Below are positions 63,204-64,000 of a stretch of 64,000 nt of DNA, piece after piece. The stretch lies in assembly GCF_009914755.1 (NCBI RefSeq), contig NC_060941.1. One strand, 5' to 3'. The stretch comes from the human T2T-CHM13v2.0 reference genome, Homo sapiens. Numbering within the stretch: position 1 is the stretch's first letter; the number at the start of each line of letters is the position of its first letter. The translations under genes were made by a program, and so were the position numbers. The notes beneath the pieces are model-generated. The model did not search any database, had not been told where the DNA came from, and saw nothing but the letters and a program-made list of their open reading frames with translations.

Positions 63204-64000
63204 ATTAGCAAAGCCTTCAACCTCACTGTAGTAGAAAGTATGATAGAAGCCCAGGAGATGAACAGATCGCTTTCTGTGAAAAAGGCGATTCTTACAGACA
63301 CCCAGCTGGTCCCGGCAGGCTGGTTGTTTGTAGAAGAGCCATCATTTCTTCTGCTTGGTCAACAAACACAAAAACCTTAGTGTCCCCTGGGCTCAAAAAG
63401 AGAATAGTAATAGTAGCCTTTACCCCAGACTATCCAGAGTAAATGGTCCGATTTCAGTATCTTCTGGAATGTGCTAAGGCAACATAGAGAAAAAAAGCTC
63501 CTGGACCTCCGACTTAGCTGCGGGACCCTGCCAGGGCTGCAGCTCCCATCCTCCCCAGACAAGGCAAGCCTCAGAATGAGGCGACAACAGCAGCTGGTCT
63601 GGAGCAGGCCAGGGCAGAGCTGGTTTCGGGAGCCCTGCAGAAACTCTCCAAGGACAGAAGACTGATTAACTAACTAGAATGCTAATCGATTAGTAAGCAG
63701 AGAGAAACGGAGCCACCAAACACACCCAACTACTTGTGTTCATTATTCATTAGTCGCCAGGAAGAAGTCTCTTTGGAAAACAAAAGAGCCTTTGGGGGTG
63801 CATTGCGCTGAGTCCAAGTGAGTTGTAAGCTCCTTTGGATAAGGTCACATTCAGATGTGTAGTTTGTGGTTGAAGTGGGGAACCTGCCAAGTCAGAATAT
63901 GCTTGCCAGCTGTTCAGGAGCCCCCTCTTCTGGACACCGGTGGAAACACACTTTCCTTCCAATGTTCCCCCAAATCCTAGCTCACTCGTGGTCATGACAT

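Overview
This is primate (almost certainly human) genomic DNA lying entirely inside the myocardin gene (MYOCD, + strand). It holds the 3' part of intron 1, coding exons 2-7 (26591-26656, 36996-37051, 38799-38874, 44302-44463, 57640-57815, 60680-60805) and the 44-nt stop-containing alternative exon 2a (31958-32001). Spliced together, exons 2-7 give one uninterrupted frame covering roughly residues 19-239 (RPEL1-3 and a Ser/Asp-rich linker), numbered from my recollection of the human protein. The rest is intron, with about 30 Alus, old L1/MIR pieces, MLT1 and ERV1 LTRs, hAT MER elements and simple repeats. The most interesting observation is that exons 2-5 total 360 nt, are phase 1-1 symmetric and are bracketed by inverted Alus. 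A back-spliced circle would therefore have a stop-free, endless RPEL reading frame, which inclusion of exon 2a would convert to a finite 82-aa circularly permuted peptide. Other leads are a nested or recursive donor at the start of exon 6, a competing acceptor at exon 2, perfect CArG boxes around exon 5, and splice signals plus QKI-type motifs on the antisense strand next to exon 2. Repeat subfamily names were assigned by eye and their boundaries are approximate.
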